A stretch of 64,000 nucleotides of DNA from an uncultured delta proteobacterium (GTDB lineage: Bacteria > Myxococcota > B64-G9). Positions 36,723 through 47,037 of this stretch are shown piece by piece; within the stretch, counting starts at the first letter, position 1, and each line of letters opens with the position of its first letter. The position numbers were made by a program, and so were the translations under genes. The stretch spans positions 96,001-160,000 of the forward strand of contig CAVWHX010000001.1 of NCBI GenBank assembly GCA_963754925.1, in the 5' to 3' direction. The notes beneath the pieces are model-generated. The model searched no databases, was not told where the DNA came from, and saw only the letters and a program-made list of their open reading frames with translations.

Positions 36723-37707
36723 AGCGGCGCAGCCGTTCGGCTGCCCGGCCGGAATGAATAATTTCGTCGGCTTGCACTACCCCGGCTTTGAAGTTAGGAG
36801 CCTTGTCAGCTATCCACAACAGGGCGCCGGCATTGAGCGCCACCGCCTGGGTATGCGCCCGGCTGCCGCGTCCGGCGAGCACCGCGAAAAGCCATTGGGC
36901 GTTTTCTTCGGCGCCGCCGCCGCGGATCTCGTCGATAGTAATCCGTTCCAGGCCGGCATGTTCGGGTTCAATGACTAATTCTTCCACCCGGCCGGTGCGT
37001 AACAGCGCGACTTGAGTCGGCCCATGGGGAGCTATCTCGTCGATGCCCGATCCGTGAACCACGAGCGCGCTCTCGCAGCCAAGCAAGCCGAGGGTTCTGG
37101 CCAACGGAACACACAGGCTCGGATCATACACGCCGACTATTTGCCAACGGGGTCGTGCGGGGTTTGCGAGGGGGCCAAGGAGATTGAAAATCGTGCGTAC
37201 CCCCAACGCCCGGCGAACCGGCATGGCATGACGCATGCCGGTGTGGTACTGGGGCGCAAACAGAAAACAAATGCCGACTTCCTTGAGCGTTCGGGTGGCG
37301 ACCTCTGGTCCGCCTTCGATCTGGACCCCGCACTTTTCCAAAACATCCGCTGAACCGCACATTGATGAAACGCAACGATTTCCATGCTTGGCGATGGCTA
37401 ACCCGGCTTCGGCCGCGACCAACGCCGCCGCCGTGGAAATATTGACCGTGCCCGCGCCGTCTCCGCCGGTGCCGCAGGTGTCGGCGACGGATAGGTCGCC
37501 TTTGTTGACGGGCACGGCGTTCTTGACCAGGGCCTCGGCCGCGCCGGCGATTTCTTCCGGCGTCTCACCTTTGGATTTAAGGGCTACGAGCACCGCGCAG
37601 ATTTCAAGCTGGCTGAGCTCGCCCCGTACAATCCGGGCGAACAGTGCCAAACTCTCTTGACGGGAGAGGCTTTTTCCAGAACAGAGAGTATCTAAAATCT
37701 TACGCAT
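36697..37707 (-). CDS. trpD: anthranilate phosphoribosyltransferase
   Basis: 'DTCGTGGDG..TVNIST', 'KHGNR.VSS..GSADVL'. Confidence 0.97.
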   Translation of the reverse strand: MRKILDTLCSGKSLSRQESLALFARIVRGELSQLEICAVLVALKSKGETPEEIAGAAEALVKNAVPVNKGDLSVADTCGTGGDGAGTVNISTAAALVAAEAGLAIAKHGNRCVSSMCGSADVLEKCGVQIEGGPEVATRTLKEVGICFLFAPQYHTGMRHAMPVRRALGVRTIFNLLGPLANPARPRWQIVGVYDPSLCVPLARTLGLLGCESALVVHGSGIDEIAPHGPTQVALLRTGRVEELVIEPEHAGLERITIDEIRGGGAEENAQWLFAVLAGRGSRAHTQAVALNAGALLWIADKAPNFKAGVVQADEIIHSGRAAERLRRFAECSRGA

Positions 37708-38317
37708 GCTGCCGGCTCCTGGTATCTCGTTCGCAAGCCCAGCTAATAATCTTCTCGATCAGAATTCCGCCCTGCGGCGTGAGAATCGACTCTGGGTGAA
37801 ACTGAAGCCCAATGATGGGATGCTGTTGGTGCTCCACCCCCATGACGACATTTCCGGTGCGGGCCATGACCCGCAACGAGTCGGGGAGGGTGGCCGCGGC
37901 CAGAGAATGATAGCGGGCCGCCGCCATCGGAGAATCAAGTCCGGCAAAGATCCCGTGGCCGTCGTGTTCGATCAACGCTGATTTACCATGAACCACCTCG
38001 CCGGCGTAGGACACCCTGCCGCCCAGAGCTTCGACAATCACCTGGTGACCGAGGCACACGCCGAAGATCGGGATCTTCCCCGCCAGAGTACGCACGAGAT
38101 CGATACAGCAACCTGCCTCGGCAGGACTCCCCGGACCCGGGGACATGACGATCAAAGCCGGCGGCGGCAAGGCCAAGGCAAGTTCCGAAACCCGCGCGGG
38201 AGTCAAATCGTTTCTCCACACGTCGACCTGGCATCCGCGTTTTCGAAATTCGTCTACCAGGTTGAAGCTGAAGGAATCGAAATTGTCGATAAAGAATACG
38301 GTTGGCCGAGCGATCAT
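37700..38317 (-). CDS. trpG: anthranilate synthase component II (glutamine amidotransferase)
   Basis: 'IDNFDSF..NL', 'SPGPG', 'GVCLGHQ', 'QFHPES'. Confidence 0.96.
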   Translation of the reverse strand: MIARPTVFFIDNFDSFSFNLVDEFRKRGCQVDVWRNDLTPARVSELALALPPPALIVMSPGPGSPAEAGCCIDLVRTLAGKIPIFGVCLGHQVIVEALGGRVSYAGEVVHGKSALIEHDGHGIFAGLDSPMAAARYHSLAAATLPDSLRVMARTGNVVMGVEHQQHPIIGLQFHPESILTPQGGILIEKIISWACERDTRSRQHA

Positions 38318-39909
38318 GGTTCACCTCGTTGCGTATCCGCAATGGCTTGCAAAACAGCGCCGGCCTTTCGCCTCGTCTCGGAGGCCTCGGACATAGGATC
38401 GGAGTCATAGACAATCCCGGCCCCGGCCCGCACGTTGGCAATTCCGTCGCGGACCACCGCGGACCGAATAATGATGCTCGTATCCATTCGCCCATCCATG
38501 GTGAAATAACCGATAGCCCCTCCGTAGGGCCCTCGTCGGTTTAGTTCAAAACGCCGCAGGAGCTCGGCGGCTTTTATCTTGGGCGCACCGGTTAATGTTC
38601 CCATGTTCATGGTGGCCACGTAGGCTCCCAGGGCGTCGAGATCGGGACGCAGCACGCCGCTTACGTGTGACACGAGATGCATGACGTGCGAGTAACGTTC
38701 GACGCCGAGCAGTCGGTCAACCCGGCGGGTTCCCGGCTGGCTCACCCGCGCCACATCATTGCGTGCGAGATCCACGAGCATCATGTGTTCGGCGACTTCC
38801 TTTTCGTTGGTTCTCAGCTCGGCTTCCAATCGGCCGTCCAGGTCTTCGTCCGGGCTGCCGTCCGTGTGGCGCCCGCGGTGGCGGGTCCCGGCTATCGGCC
38901 GAATCTCGACCCTCAGCGGCTTTCCATCGACCTTGACTGCGGTCTCGGGCGAAGCGCCAAACAGAATGCCCAAATCGCTATTGACAAAAAACATATAAGG
39001 GCTTGGGTTGAGTTCCCGGAGCCGGCGATAGGCTTCGACGGGTTGTGAACACGCGGTCGAAAAGGTGCGCGATGGCACGATTTGAAAAACATCGCCGGCG
39101 ATAATGTGTTGCTTACATTTTTCGACGACGGCGGCGTACTCCTCATCCGACAAATCAGTCGGGGAGTCCTTTTTGAGGGGTAAGCAAACCGGTGTGGTGG
39201 GCCGTACCGGTTCATTGACGGTTGATTGTGCGGCATTTGCCATGCGGACCATGGCTTCGGTAGCTTCGTGGTAGACAGCGGAGGCGTGATCGCCGCCAAA
39301 AATGTGCGCCACCATGCTGGCATTACGCAATGTATGGTTGACCCAGATCATTTGATCCGGCAACCAAAACTCGTAATCCGGCCACCCCAGCGGATCGTTT
39401 TGATTCGGAGGCAGCGATTCATACACTTCTAAAAAGTCGTAGGCAAATACGCCCACGATAAGAGGGCCGAGAGAGGATTTGCCGGATACCAAACGGTGAC
39501 CTTGGACCATGGCGCGGAGCACATCGACGGGCGATGGCGCCCGAAGCCGCATTTCTTCATTACCTACCGGATGTGGAGGATAGCGAACATTCAGACAATC
39601 GCCTGAAATCGTTACGTCAGCCTGGGTCTTAAGAATATTCGCTAGAAACGAAAGCAAGCTCGCACCGTTGGGATTGAGGGCACACACCTCGACATCTCGG
39701 CCACGGCAACGGGCCCGCAGGGCGCATCGGGTCACGAGCAGGCTTTTTTCGCTTTTTTTGCTGATTATCTCCCCGGATTCAAGAAAGATCGTATCGTGCC
39801 GTAAGCCCCCATCGGTGAGTCTGACAAAAAGATCGAGCGGATCGGGGCACTGGTCCACGGACCTCACTATCGGCAGAACCTCACCGCGTTTTGGTTGCTG
39901 AAGGTTCAT
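38314..39909 (-). CDS. trpE: anthranilate synthase component I
   Basis: 'FLESG', 'NPSPYMF', 'ASPE', 'PIAGTR', '[12 protein letters not shown]', '[11 protein letters not shown]'. Confidence 0.97.
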   Translation of the reverse strand: MNLQQPKRGEVLPIVRSVDQCPDPLDLFVRLTDGGLRHDTIFLESGEIISKKSEKSLLVTRCALRARCRGRDVEVCALNPNGASLLSFLANILKTQADVTISGDCLNVRYPPHPVGNEEMRLRAPSPVDVLRAMVQGHRLVSGKSSLGPLIVGVFAYDFLEVYESLPPNQNDPLGWPDYEFWLPDQMIWVNHTLRNASMVAHIFGGDHASAVYHEATEAMVRMANAAQSTVNEPVRPTTPVCLPLKKDSPTDLSDEEYAAVVEKCKQHIIAGDVFQIVPSRTFSTACSQPVEAYRRLRELNPSPYMFFVNSDLGILFGASPETAVKVDGKPLRVEIRPIAGTRHRGRHTDGSPDEDLDGRLEAELRTNEKEVAEHMMLVDLARNDVARVSQPGTRRVDRLLGVERYSHVMHLVSHVSGVLRPDLDALGAYVATMNMGTLTGAPKIKAAELLRRFELNRRGPYGGAIGYFTMDGRMDTSIIIRSAVVRDGIANVRAGAGIVYDSDPMSEASETRRKAGAVLQAIADTQRGEP

Positions 39910-41358
39910 GGAAGAAACTCCCGCAGCTCTTCAACATCGAACTGCTGTCCGGTAATAAATCTCATCTGTTCGGCGCCTTGATACACCCACATTTCCTGGG
40001 CCGCTATGGTTGTCGCTCCTTCTTGTGCCGCCCGCATAAGTAGCCGGGAAGGGCCGTTGCCGAGCGCCAGATCGAACACGATGTCTCTGCCGATGGGTTG
40101 GTCCGACGGCCAGGGATCCTCATCGCCGCCAAGCATAGTGGTGTTGATGAGAATCGAGGCCTGTACGGCGGCGCGTTGTTCCCACGGCACAAACGAAATA
40201 TCCGCGCCCATGGCCAGGGCGCATTCCTTGCTTATCGAGCTCACGACGTACGGCAAGCCGAGAGATAAACAGGCTAAACGAGCGGCCCGGGCGGCCCCGC
40301 CGTCTCCTAACAGCAGAACTTTTCGTGAATTCGTCTTTACTCTTGTTCCATAGCGGCTTTCTATTGCCTGCCGCAAGGGTCCGGCGACGCCCTCGATGTC
40401 GGTATTGGTGGCCAGGACTTCCGTCCCGGTAAAGCGCAGGGTATTGGCGACGCCAGCCTCATTGGCTTTTTGGTCAGGGTGGCCAAACTGAAATGCTGCA
40501 GCCTTGTGCGGCATAGTGACGCTGACACCGAGCGCACCGAGCTCTTTCAGCAAGGCAAAGGTCGCCTCGGGCCGCTTGGTGATAGCGAGCAGATAGCTGT
40601 AGTCGAGCCCGCGCGATCGAAAGAGGCGATTGTATACTTTCGGTCCCGGTGAATGGATAATCTGCGGACCTCCCACGAGCGCCATAAACGGCTTGGCCGC
40701 AGATTCCGGTAGGCCGAGCTCGAGCGCTTGATTGAGAGAAAGCTGTCCGGGAGCAGTCGCATCGGTATCCTCCGCAAACACGTAGGTCCACAGCGACCCG
40801 AACTGGGGATACCGGGCGCGGCACACCGTGCCCGCAAGGCCCATGGCGACAAGCACGAGCGGACGCCCGAGAGCGCGAGATGTTTGCAGCAACAGGGAGC
40901 AATCGGCGGCATCATCGACGGTTACGGCCACTTTTAACCACAGCGGTGCCGCGTTCAGACATTTCTTTAAGTTTAGTGCCTAACTCATCGGGAATGCATT
41001 TGAAATCGTGCCATGAAAGAATCTGCTTGGTCCCGCCCTGGCGCGACAGCTGTTTTAGCCTGCTATCGGGCACATCTGCTTCAACGTCTAGGTAGGCGAC
41101 CCCGGTCCTAGCGGCACGATCGAGAATTTGCAGCCGGTCTTCTTCGGAATCTTTAAACCACCCTCCCTGACGCTCCGGCCTGCAACACACGATCAAATCC
41201 TTTGGAAACTCATGCAGAATTGAAAAGGTATCGTCATTTATATGCGTTAGTGCGTCAAGCCGCACCTCTTGCAGGCAGTCTTTGACACGCGCCTTGGTGC
41301 GCTCGATGCGCTGCTTGAGCGATTGATTAGAGGTTTCTTTTCCGGTTACGCAGAGCAT
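39906..41358 (-). pseudogene. aroDE: type I dehydroquinase-shikimate dehydrogenase fusion (AroD-AroE), split by a +1 frameshift (probably intact in vivo)
   Basis: 'EVRLD', 'SWHDF', then 'VAMG', 'TAPGQ', 'SVTMPHK', 'NTD..G', 'LG.GGAARA'; removing one base from the T4 run at 40932-40935 restores 'VVKVAV'. Confidence 0.85.
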
Positions 41359-41371
41359 TACGGTTGCTCAC

Positions 41372-42451
41372 TCAAACGGGTTTCTCGAACGCTTGTTGAA
41401 TTATCGAAAGCGGGACCGGCATGGCCCAGGTTCCTCCGGCTTCGTTCATCAGGCCGATTCTTGTCGGTAGAGAAAAATATACATCTCCACCTCGTGTTTT
41501 CTTATCAACCTTCAAGTAATCCTTTATGTTGAAAAACTCATATGAGGACTGGATCGGCAGGCGTAAATCGGCAAGCAGCGCGATTAGTCGCTGCCTCTCG
41601 GCATCGGGAAATCCGCACAGCTTGACCGCGATTTTCGCTTCAACCACCATGCCCAGGGCGACCGCCGAACCGTGAGCCAGGCTGAAGCTCGAAGCTTTTT
41701 CCAGGGAGTGGCCTATCGTATGTCCAAAATTTAGGATTTGGCGATACCCGCGCTCGCGCTCGTCAAGCGAGACAACCTCGGCCTTGATCTGCACGCAGCG
41801 GGCGATGAGGGGTTCCGGAAGAATCTTCTCGTTGCGCTTTGCAAATGCCTCGATGCCGCTAAACAGTTCGGCATCGGCAATGACGGCGTGCTTTACCGCT
41901 TCGGCGTACCCGTTTCGCATTTCATCTTCGGGCAGAGATTTCAGCGCCGGGATATCAATAAGCACAAAATGCGGCTGGTGAAAAGCGCCGATGAGATTTT
42001 TGCCGTGCTGGGTATTGACGCCGGTTTTTCCTCCAATGGCCGCATCTACCTGAGCAAGCAAACTCGTTGCAATGTATACACTATCCACGCCCCGCAGGTA
42101 GGTTGCGGCGACATATCCGGCAACGTCGAGCGCGATGCCGCCGCCTACCGCCACCACCACGGCGAAGCGATCGATACCGTGCTCCAGCATTGCATTTTCA
42201 AGAAGCTCCTTGGTCGCGCGGGTTTTGTGTTCTTCCCCGGCAGGGAACGAAAGCATGAGAACCTTTTTGGCCACGCAGTTGAGCGCTTGGGTAATCGATG
42301 CGCCGAACAACGCCACGGTGTTTGAATCGCCAATCACCACCGCCTGTTGCCACCGCGGCAGCCACCGTTTTTCGAGCGTTTCGAGAACGTCTTCCCCGGC
42401 CAGGACGGGATAGTTCCGTTCGCTCGTTTTGACTTCAATAATTGATCGCAT
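41372..42451 (-). CDS. aroB: 3-dehydroquinate synthase
   Basis: 'GEEHKT', 'GGG...DVAGY.AATYLRG', 'DAAIGGKTGVN', 'KNLIGAFHQP', 'LNFGHT.GH'. Confidence 0.96.
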   Translation of the reverse strand: MRSIIEVKTSERNYPVLAGEDVLETLEKRWLPRWQQAVVIGDSNTVALFGASITQALNCVAKKVLMLSFPAGEEHKTRATKELLENAMLEHGIDRFAVVVAVGGGIALDVAGYVAATYLRGVDSVYIATSLLAQVDAAIGGKTGVNTQHGKNLIGAFHQPHFVLIDIPALKSLPEDEMRNGYAEAVKHAVIADAELFSGIEAFAKRNEKILPEPLIARCVQIKAEVVSLDERERGYRQILNFGHTIGHSLEKASSFSLAHGSAVALGMVVEAKIAVKLCGFPDAERQRLIALLADLRLPIQSSYEFFNIKDYLKVDKKTRGGDVYFSLPTRIGLMNEAGGTWAMPVPLSIIQQAFEKPV

Positions 42452-42476
42452 CGCGTTCTCCCTAACACAAGCCAAT

Positions 42477-42500
42477 AAAAAAGCCCACCATTTGGTGGGC
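42477..42500 (-). terminator. attenuator terminator of the aromatic operon
   Basis: minus strand GCCCACC-AAAT-GGTGGGC followed by TTTTTT. Confidence 0.85.
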
Positions 42501-42538
42501 CTTTGCGCGCAAAGTAGGGGAATTATATCAGGCGCATG

Positions 42539-42595
42539 CTATGGCCCACCGGTTTCACCTCGATACCAATACCAGTTTGTAAAAATAACCGACAT
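42539..42595 (-). CDS. aromatic amino acid operon leader peptide MSVIFTNWYWYRGETGGP
   Basis: 18-codon ORF with F-x-x-W-Y-W-Y upstream of aroB; its 3' GGTGGGCC is complementary to the 5' arm of the terminator. Confidence 0.85.
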   Translation of the reverse strand: MSVIFTNWYWYRGETGGP

Positions 42596-42601
42596 AATTT
42601 T

Positions 42602-42630
42602 ACTTTATTGATATGGAGAGTAACTGTCAA
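42602..42630 (-). promoter_or_regulatory. sigma70 promoter of the leader/aro-trp operon
   Basis: minus strand TTGACA (42630-42625), 17 bp spacer, TAAAGT (42607-42602); the leader ATG sits 7 nt downstream. Confidence 0.7.
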
Positions 42631-42687
42631 GATAATTTTATTCATCCCTTCTCCCGCGAGCGGGAGAAGGTCAAAATGAGGGTGAAT

Positions 42688-43581
42688 ATGAACCGAGCAA
42701 TTTTTCTAGCACTTCTGTTATCTGGATTGCCGCTTACGGCATTCGCAGGACCGCTAATCGTGGGTGTTTTCGAACAACCTCAATGTAAAAGGGAGCGACC
42801 AATATCCGCGCGTTTGCTCTTCGTTAAAGACAAAACTACCTGGTGGGCTCTTGATGATGAGAGTTCTCCTCTCAAGGACATCAACCTTATATTGCTGCCG
42901 AAGTGGCAGGTCGTTTTTGGAGGGAAGGATCTCGGAAACATAAAGCTACGCGACCCCAACCCTTCGTTGACTAACAAAAAGGACATGAACTACACGAGAG
43001 ACAAACTCTATGTTCCGGACTCCCAAAAGGCGCTGCCGATCATCGAGAATGATTCGGAATCATTCAGAGGTTGGTGTGATGTTCCCAAGACGCGGCCGCT
43101 GGTTTTGGTTTCGCAGCCGAATTTCACCGATCCCGAACAATGGAAGCCTTTCTCAATGGATAATTCGTATAAACAAAAGCTTTATACGCCGGTAAAGGTC
43201 GCTATCGGTAGATTCAAGGTATACTACTGTCCTCGAGGTGAATTACCTCCAGAGCCGCTCGAGTATGGGCCGGCGGATCTGGTGCTTTACAAAAGCTTCC
43301 GTTCGGCGTCGGGACGGGAGCTTGTATCTATTGGGATCGACCCCAAAAAGTATCAGTGTGATGGTCCGAGGGAACCGGAATGGTCAGGCAACTGGTTTCT
43401 TTTGGATGGAGAAAAAATTGAGTTCCTCGGACATCAAATGGAGTTGGTAGATGCCGGGGACTACGACCACGATGGGCGTTCCGAATTGCTTTTCTGGCAT
43501 AGCGGGTACAATAGAGATGGATACGTACTCATGTATGACGGGCTTCGGCAAAAGGTTGAGTACCTCTGGGGTTATCACTAG
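42688..43581 (+). CDS. secreted hypothetical protein
   Basis: signal peptide ending 'AFA'; C-terminal 'LVDAGDYDHDGRSELLFW' Ca-binding-like motif. Confidence 0.7.
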   Translation: MNRAIFLALLLSGLPLTAFAGPLIVGVFEQPQCKRERPISARLLFVKDKTTWWALDDESSPLKDINLILLPKWQVVFGGKDLGNIKLRDPNPSLTNKKDMNYTRDKLYVPDSQKALPIIENDSESFRGWCDVPKTRPLVLVSQPNFTDPEQWKPFSMDNSYKQKLYTPVKVAIGRFKVYYCPRGELPPEPLEYGPADLVLYKSFRSASGRELVSIGIDPKKYQCDGPREPEWSGNWFLLDGEKIEFLGHQMELVDAGDYDHDGRSELLFWHSGYNRDGYVLMYDGLRQKVEYLWGYH

Positions 43582-43665
43582 TCGCCGTAACAATGCGATA
43601 CAGCTTATCACATTTGATGGTGGCTAATCGCGAGCGTTATAAGAATTAATGAAAGGCTTTCTCAT

Positions 43666-44148
43666 ATGTGGAAACCTAAAGACATAGGCCAGATCATCGC
43701 TGAACGCGAGCTTGAGTTTAAGAACGACGACACAGGGTCAAAAAAGATCTTCCTACGTATCGGACAACCTGTCCGTTCGAGCGCGCCCGAAGATGGCGAC
43801 CCGTGGTGGTGTCCGATATTGATCGAAGGGTTTGGAGGTACAAAATTTCAGGCAATAGCGGGCGAAGACTCGCTTCAATGTCTTCTTTTGGCTCTTAAAT
43901 ACGCAAAGAAAATACTGCCTGAATACGCTAAAGAACAAGGCGGTCAGATTTACTGGCTGACCGAAGACATGGATAGCATTTTCGATCAGCAAAATATGAT
44001 TGACTCATATTCAATGATTATTGCTGAGGCATTTAAGGTGCTCCGCGAAGCAGCAAGAAAATTACGGAAGAGCAAATCGGGAGACATGCAGGATACACTC
44101 ATCCAAATAGAACAATTGCTCCACAAATATAATGCAGACGGGAAATAA
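43666..44148 (+). CDS. hypothetical protein (DUF6968-like)
   Basis: 'IAERELEF...IGQP...WWCPILIEG......GEDSLQCL.LAL'. Confidence 0.6.
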   Translation: MWKPKDIGQIIAERELEFKNDDTGSKKIFLRIGQPVRSSAPEDGDPWWCPILIEGFGGTKFQAIAGEDSLQCLLLALKYAKKILPEYAKEQGGQIYWLTEDMDSIFDQQNMIDSYSMIIAEAFKVLREAARKLRKSKSGDMQDTLIQIEQLLHKYNADGK

Positions 44149-44182
44149 GGACAGAAATAAAAAACCTGGTGTGTCGATTCAA

Positions 44183-44662
44183 ATGTACAGAACATACGTA
44201 ATACCTATCCTTGGTGCCGTAATAATGAGTATTATTTGTCTCCCCAGATACTGCGGACTTATTATGTTCTTCTTTATTCCTTTCTTCGCACTATGGCTTT
44301 TTATTCGAATTTTTAAAGCATATAAAAAGCCTGAGCAGAGAAAACCTTTGTTGATTAATTCGTTGATCTGGTTGTTTGCTTTCTCTTCTATCGCTGCCGT
44401 TCATTGGAATCGGACTATTTCATCTCGTCAAGATGCGGATTTCGTCGTTTCAAAGGTGATGGAGTTTAAAGCGAAGAATGGTTTTTATCCGGCCAATCTG
44501 GCCGAAGCTGGGCTAGATACAGACCATTTTAAAAATGAGTGGGAAATTTGGTACAACACTAAACAGGGAGGACCATTTCTATCTTACCCGTTAACCTTTG
44601 TACCATTTAATATGTACCATTATGATTTTGAGAAACAAAAGTGGGTTCATATACCAGATTAG
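44183..44662 (+). CDS. hypothetical membrane protein, AT-rich
   Basis: three hydrophobic segments followed by 'G.YP..L'. Confidence 0.65.
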   Translation: MYRTYVIPILGAVIMSIICLPRYCGLIMFFFIPFFALWLFIRIFKAYKKPEQRKPLLINSLIWLFAFSSIAAVHWNRTISSRQDADFVVSKVMEFKAKNGFYPANLAEAGLDTDHFKNEWEIWYNTKQGGPFLSYPLTFVPFNMYHYDFEKQKWVHIPD

Positions 44663-44700
44663 GGATGGTATGCGTTAGTGCGCATGAGAAGAAAACTTAG

Positions 44701-45645
44701 ATGGAGGCGCCGTTGAAAGCTAAACGGATCATCGTGTTTGTCGTCGCTGCGTCGGCGATCATCCTTGTCGGGCTCTTCTTGATTTCAAACCTCGAAACAA
44801 AGAAGCTTGATGACGCCGCCCGGACGCAACTCGGCGGCTCGTACGTGCGTCTTTCAAAAGGGGTTACCCACTATGCGTTGGAAGGACCGGAAAATGGACC
44901 GGTGGTCGTTCTCGTCCACGGAGGCACCATACCTATGTTCACCTGGGATGAGCTGTCTCCTGATCTAACGGCCGTCGGCTTTCGCGTCCTGCGTTACGAC
45001 ATGTTTGGACGGGGGTTTTCCGACAGGCCCACGATGGAATACAATCGCGCCCTCTATCTCGATCAGTTGGTGGAACTTTTGGATGCGCTGCATATCTCTG
45101 ACCCGGTCGATCTGGTCGGCTATTCGTTTGGCGGAGCGACGGTGATAAACTTTACGGCCCACTATCCTGACCGGGTCCGAACAGTGGCCTTGATCTCGCC
45201 GGTGGTCTACGATTATCCCGTTCCAGCTGCGCTTCGCCTGTCTGTCGTCGGCGAATTCCTGGGGCGCGTGATCGGCGTGCGGAAGATCATTGATCGCGCA
45301 AATTCCGTTTTGGGATCCACAACATTAGCTCAGCACCACGCGGCGCTCTTCGCCGAGCAAGTCTCTTATGAGGGTTTTCTGGATTCGTTACTCTCCATGA
45401 TGCGAAGCGATGCCCTGGGCGACTACCGCGATAGTTATGCCGCCGTCGGAAAACAAAACCGTAGAGTGTTGCTCATCTGGGGAACACGGGATGCCGAAAT
45501 CACAAAAGAGGTAATCACCACCGCTCAAGCGCTGATTCCTCAGGTTGAATTCCACGCCGTCGACGATGCCGGTCACGGTATCATTTTCCAGAACACGGAG
45601 CGGGTTCAAAGGCTACTGATCGATTTCTTGCAGAGTAAGCCGTAG
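44701..45645 (+). CDS. alpha/beta hydrolase with N-terminal anchor
   Basis: 'LVHG', 'DMFGRGFS', 'GYSFGG', 'DAGH'. Confidence 0.9.
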   Translation: MEAPLKAKRIIVFVVAASAIILVGLFLISNLETKKLDDAARTQLGGSYVRLSKGVTHYALEGPENGPVVVLVHGGTIPMFTWDELSPDLTAVGFRVLRYDMFGRGFSDRPTMEYNRALYLDQLVELLDALHISDPVDLVGYSFGGATVINFTAHYPDRVRTVALISPVVYDYPVPAALRLSVVGEFLGRVIGVRKIIDRANSVLGSTTLAQHHAALFAEQVSYEGFLDSLLSMMRSDALGDYRDSYAAVGKQNRRVLLIWGTRDAEITKEVITTAQALIPQVEFHAVDDAGHGIIFQNTERVQRLLIDFLQSKP

Positions 45646-45736
45646 ACGAATAAAAGGGATAGAGGTTCACCGGCAAATTGAAACGGCGGCGTATTTCTCA
45701 TTATATAGCATAACGTTTCGAAACGATTCGAACACT

Positions 45737-46954
45737 ATGGCGCGTTCAAAAATTGACATTACCCTGTTATTTATCACCCGTATTATGCGGTTATTCGCCT
45801 ACGGTTTTTTGTCCGTGGTGCTGGCGTTGTATCTGGCGCAGGTCGGCCTGAACGAACAAACCATAGGCCTGCTGTTTTCCCTGACGTTGGTTGGCGACGC
45901 GGGGATTACCTTATGGATTACGGCGTCGGCCGATAGGATCGGCAGACGACGAATGCTTACGCTGGGCGCGGCGTTGATGATTTTAGCGGGTGTGGTGTTC
46001 GTTTTCACGGCAAACACCATCCTCTTGATGGCTGCCGCGATTATTGGCGTCATCAGTCCGAGCGGAAACGAAATCGGACCGTTTTTGTCGATCGAACAGG
46101 CTGCCTTGACCCAACTCCTGCCTAACGAACGACGCACCCACGTATTTGCATGGTATAACCTGGTCGGTTCGTTTGCGACCGCGTCGGGCGCGCTCTGCGG
46201 CGGCTGGCTTGCTCAAGCCCTGCAAGGGTCTGGTTTTTCAGCGCTGGAATCATACCGCGCCGTGTTGATTGGCTACGCAATCAGCGGGGTGTTGCTGGCA
46301 TTGACTTTTCTGTGCCTATCATCGTCGGTTGAGACAACCGTAAGCCCAATGCCTCGGAAACGCACTCTTGGGCTCCATCGTTCAAAAAGTGTCGTGATGA
46401 AACTGAGCGGCTTGTTTGCTTTGGACGCTTTCGCAGGCGGCTTCGTGGTCCAAAGCCTTATAGCGTATTGGTTTTACATCAAATTTGGGATTGACGTGGG
46501 CCTTCTCGGCAGCATCTTCTTCGGGGCGAATATCTTGGCGGGTATCTCGGCTCTGTTGGCTGCGCGCATCGCAGCACGTATCGGCCTGATTAGAACCATG
46601 GTTTTCACGCACATTCCATCGAATGTTTTACTGTGTCTCGTTCCGTTCATGCCGAATTTACCGCTGGCGATAGCAGTGCTTCTTTTACGGTTCAGTATTT
46701 CACAAATGGATGTGCCAACCCGTCAGTCGTACACCATGGCGGTAGTTGCTCCTGACGAACGCTCGGCCGCATCCGGGGTCACGACCATTGCCCGTTCCGT
46801 GGGCGCATCGTTGTCGCCGGCCCTCAGCGGTCTTTTTCTTGCCAGTCCATTGCTCATCGGCGCGCCGTTTATGGTGGCGGGCGGTCTAAAAATAATCTAC
46901 GACTTGTTGTTATATCGCAATTTTCAGTCGGTGAAGCCGCCGGAGGAGATATAA
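45737..46954 (+). CDS. MFS transporter
   Basis: motif A 'ADRIGRRRML'; about 12 TM segments. Confidence 0.9.
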   Translation: MARSKIDITLLFITRIMRLFAYGFLSVVLALYLAQVGLNEQTIGLLFSLTLVGDAGITLWITASADRIGRRRMLTLGAALMILAGVVFVFTANTILLMAAAIIGVISPSGNEIGPFLSIEQAALTQLLPNERRTHVFAWYNLVGSFATASGALCGGWLAQALQGSGFSALESYRAVLIGYAISGVLLALTFLCLSSSVETTVSPMPRKRTLGLHRSKSVVMKLSGLFALDAFAGGFVVQSLIAYWFYIKFGIDVGLLGSIFFGANILAGISALLAARIAARIGLIRTMVFTHIPSNVLLCLVPFMPNLPLAIAVLLLRFSISQMDVPTRQSYTMAVVAPDERSAASGVTTIARSVGASLSPALSGLFLASPLLIGAPFMVAGGLKIIYDLLLYRNFQSVKPPEEI

Positions 46955-47037
46955 CGCGTTCGTGGAGTTCGGATCTACTGATTCCAAAATTCACCCGTTA
47001 AGATTTTGGAGGCAATTCCAACCGGAAATCGCATCTC

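Noticed and set aside
40912..40940. programmed ribosomal frameshift in aroDE
   Set aside because: The break falls inside the dehydroquinase domain with no clear slippery heptamer or downstream structure; it fits the general indel-error pattern.
43582..44690. integron cassette array (TAAC...GTTA motifs between short AT-rich genes)
   Set aside because: Only isolated core-like motifs (about 43587, 43637, 44674); no convincing attC hairpins and no integron integrase. Cassette relics cannot be excluded.
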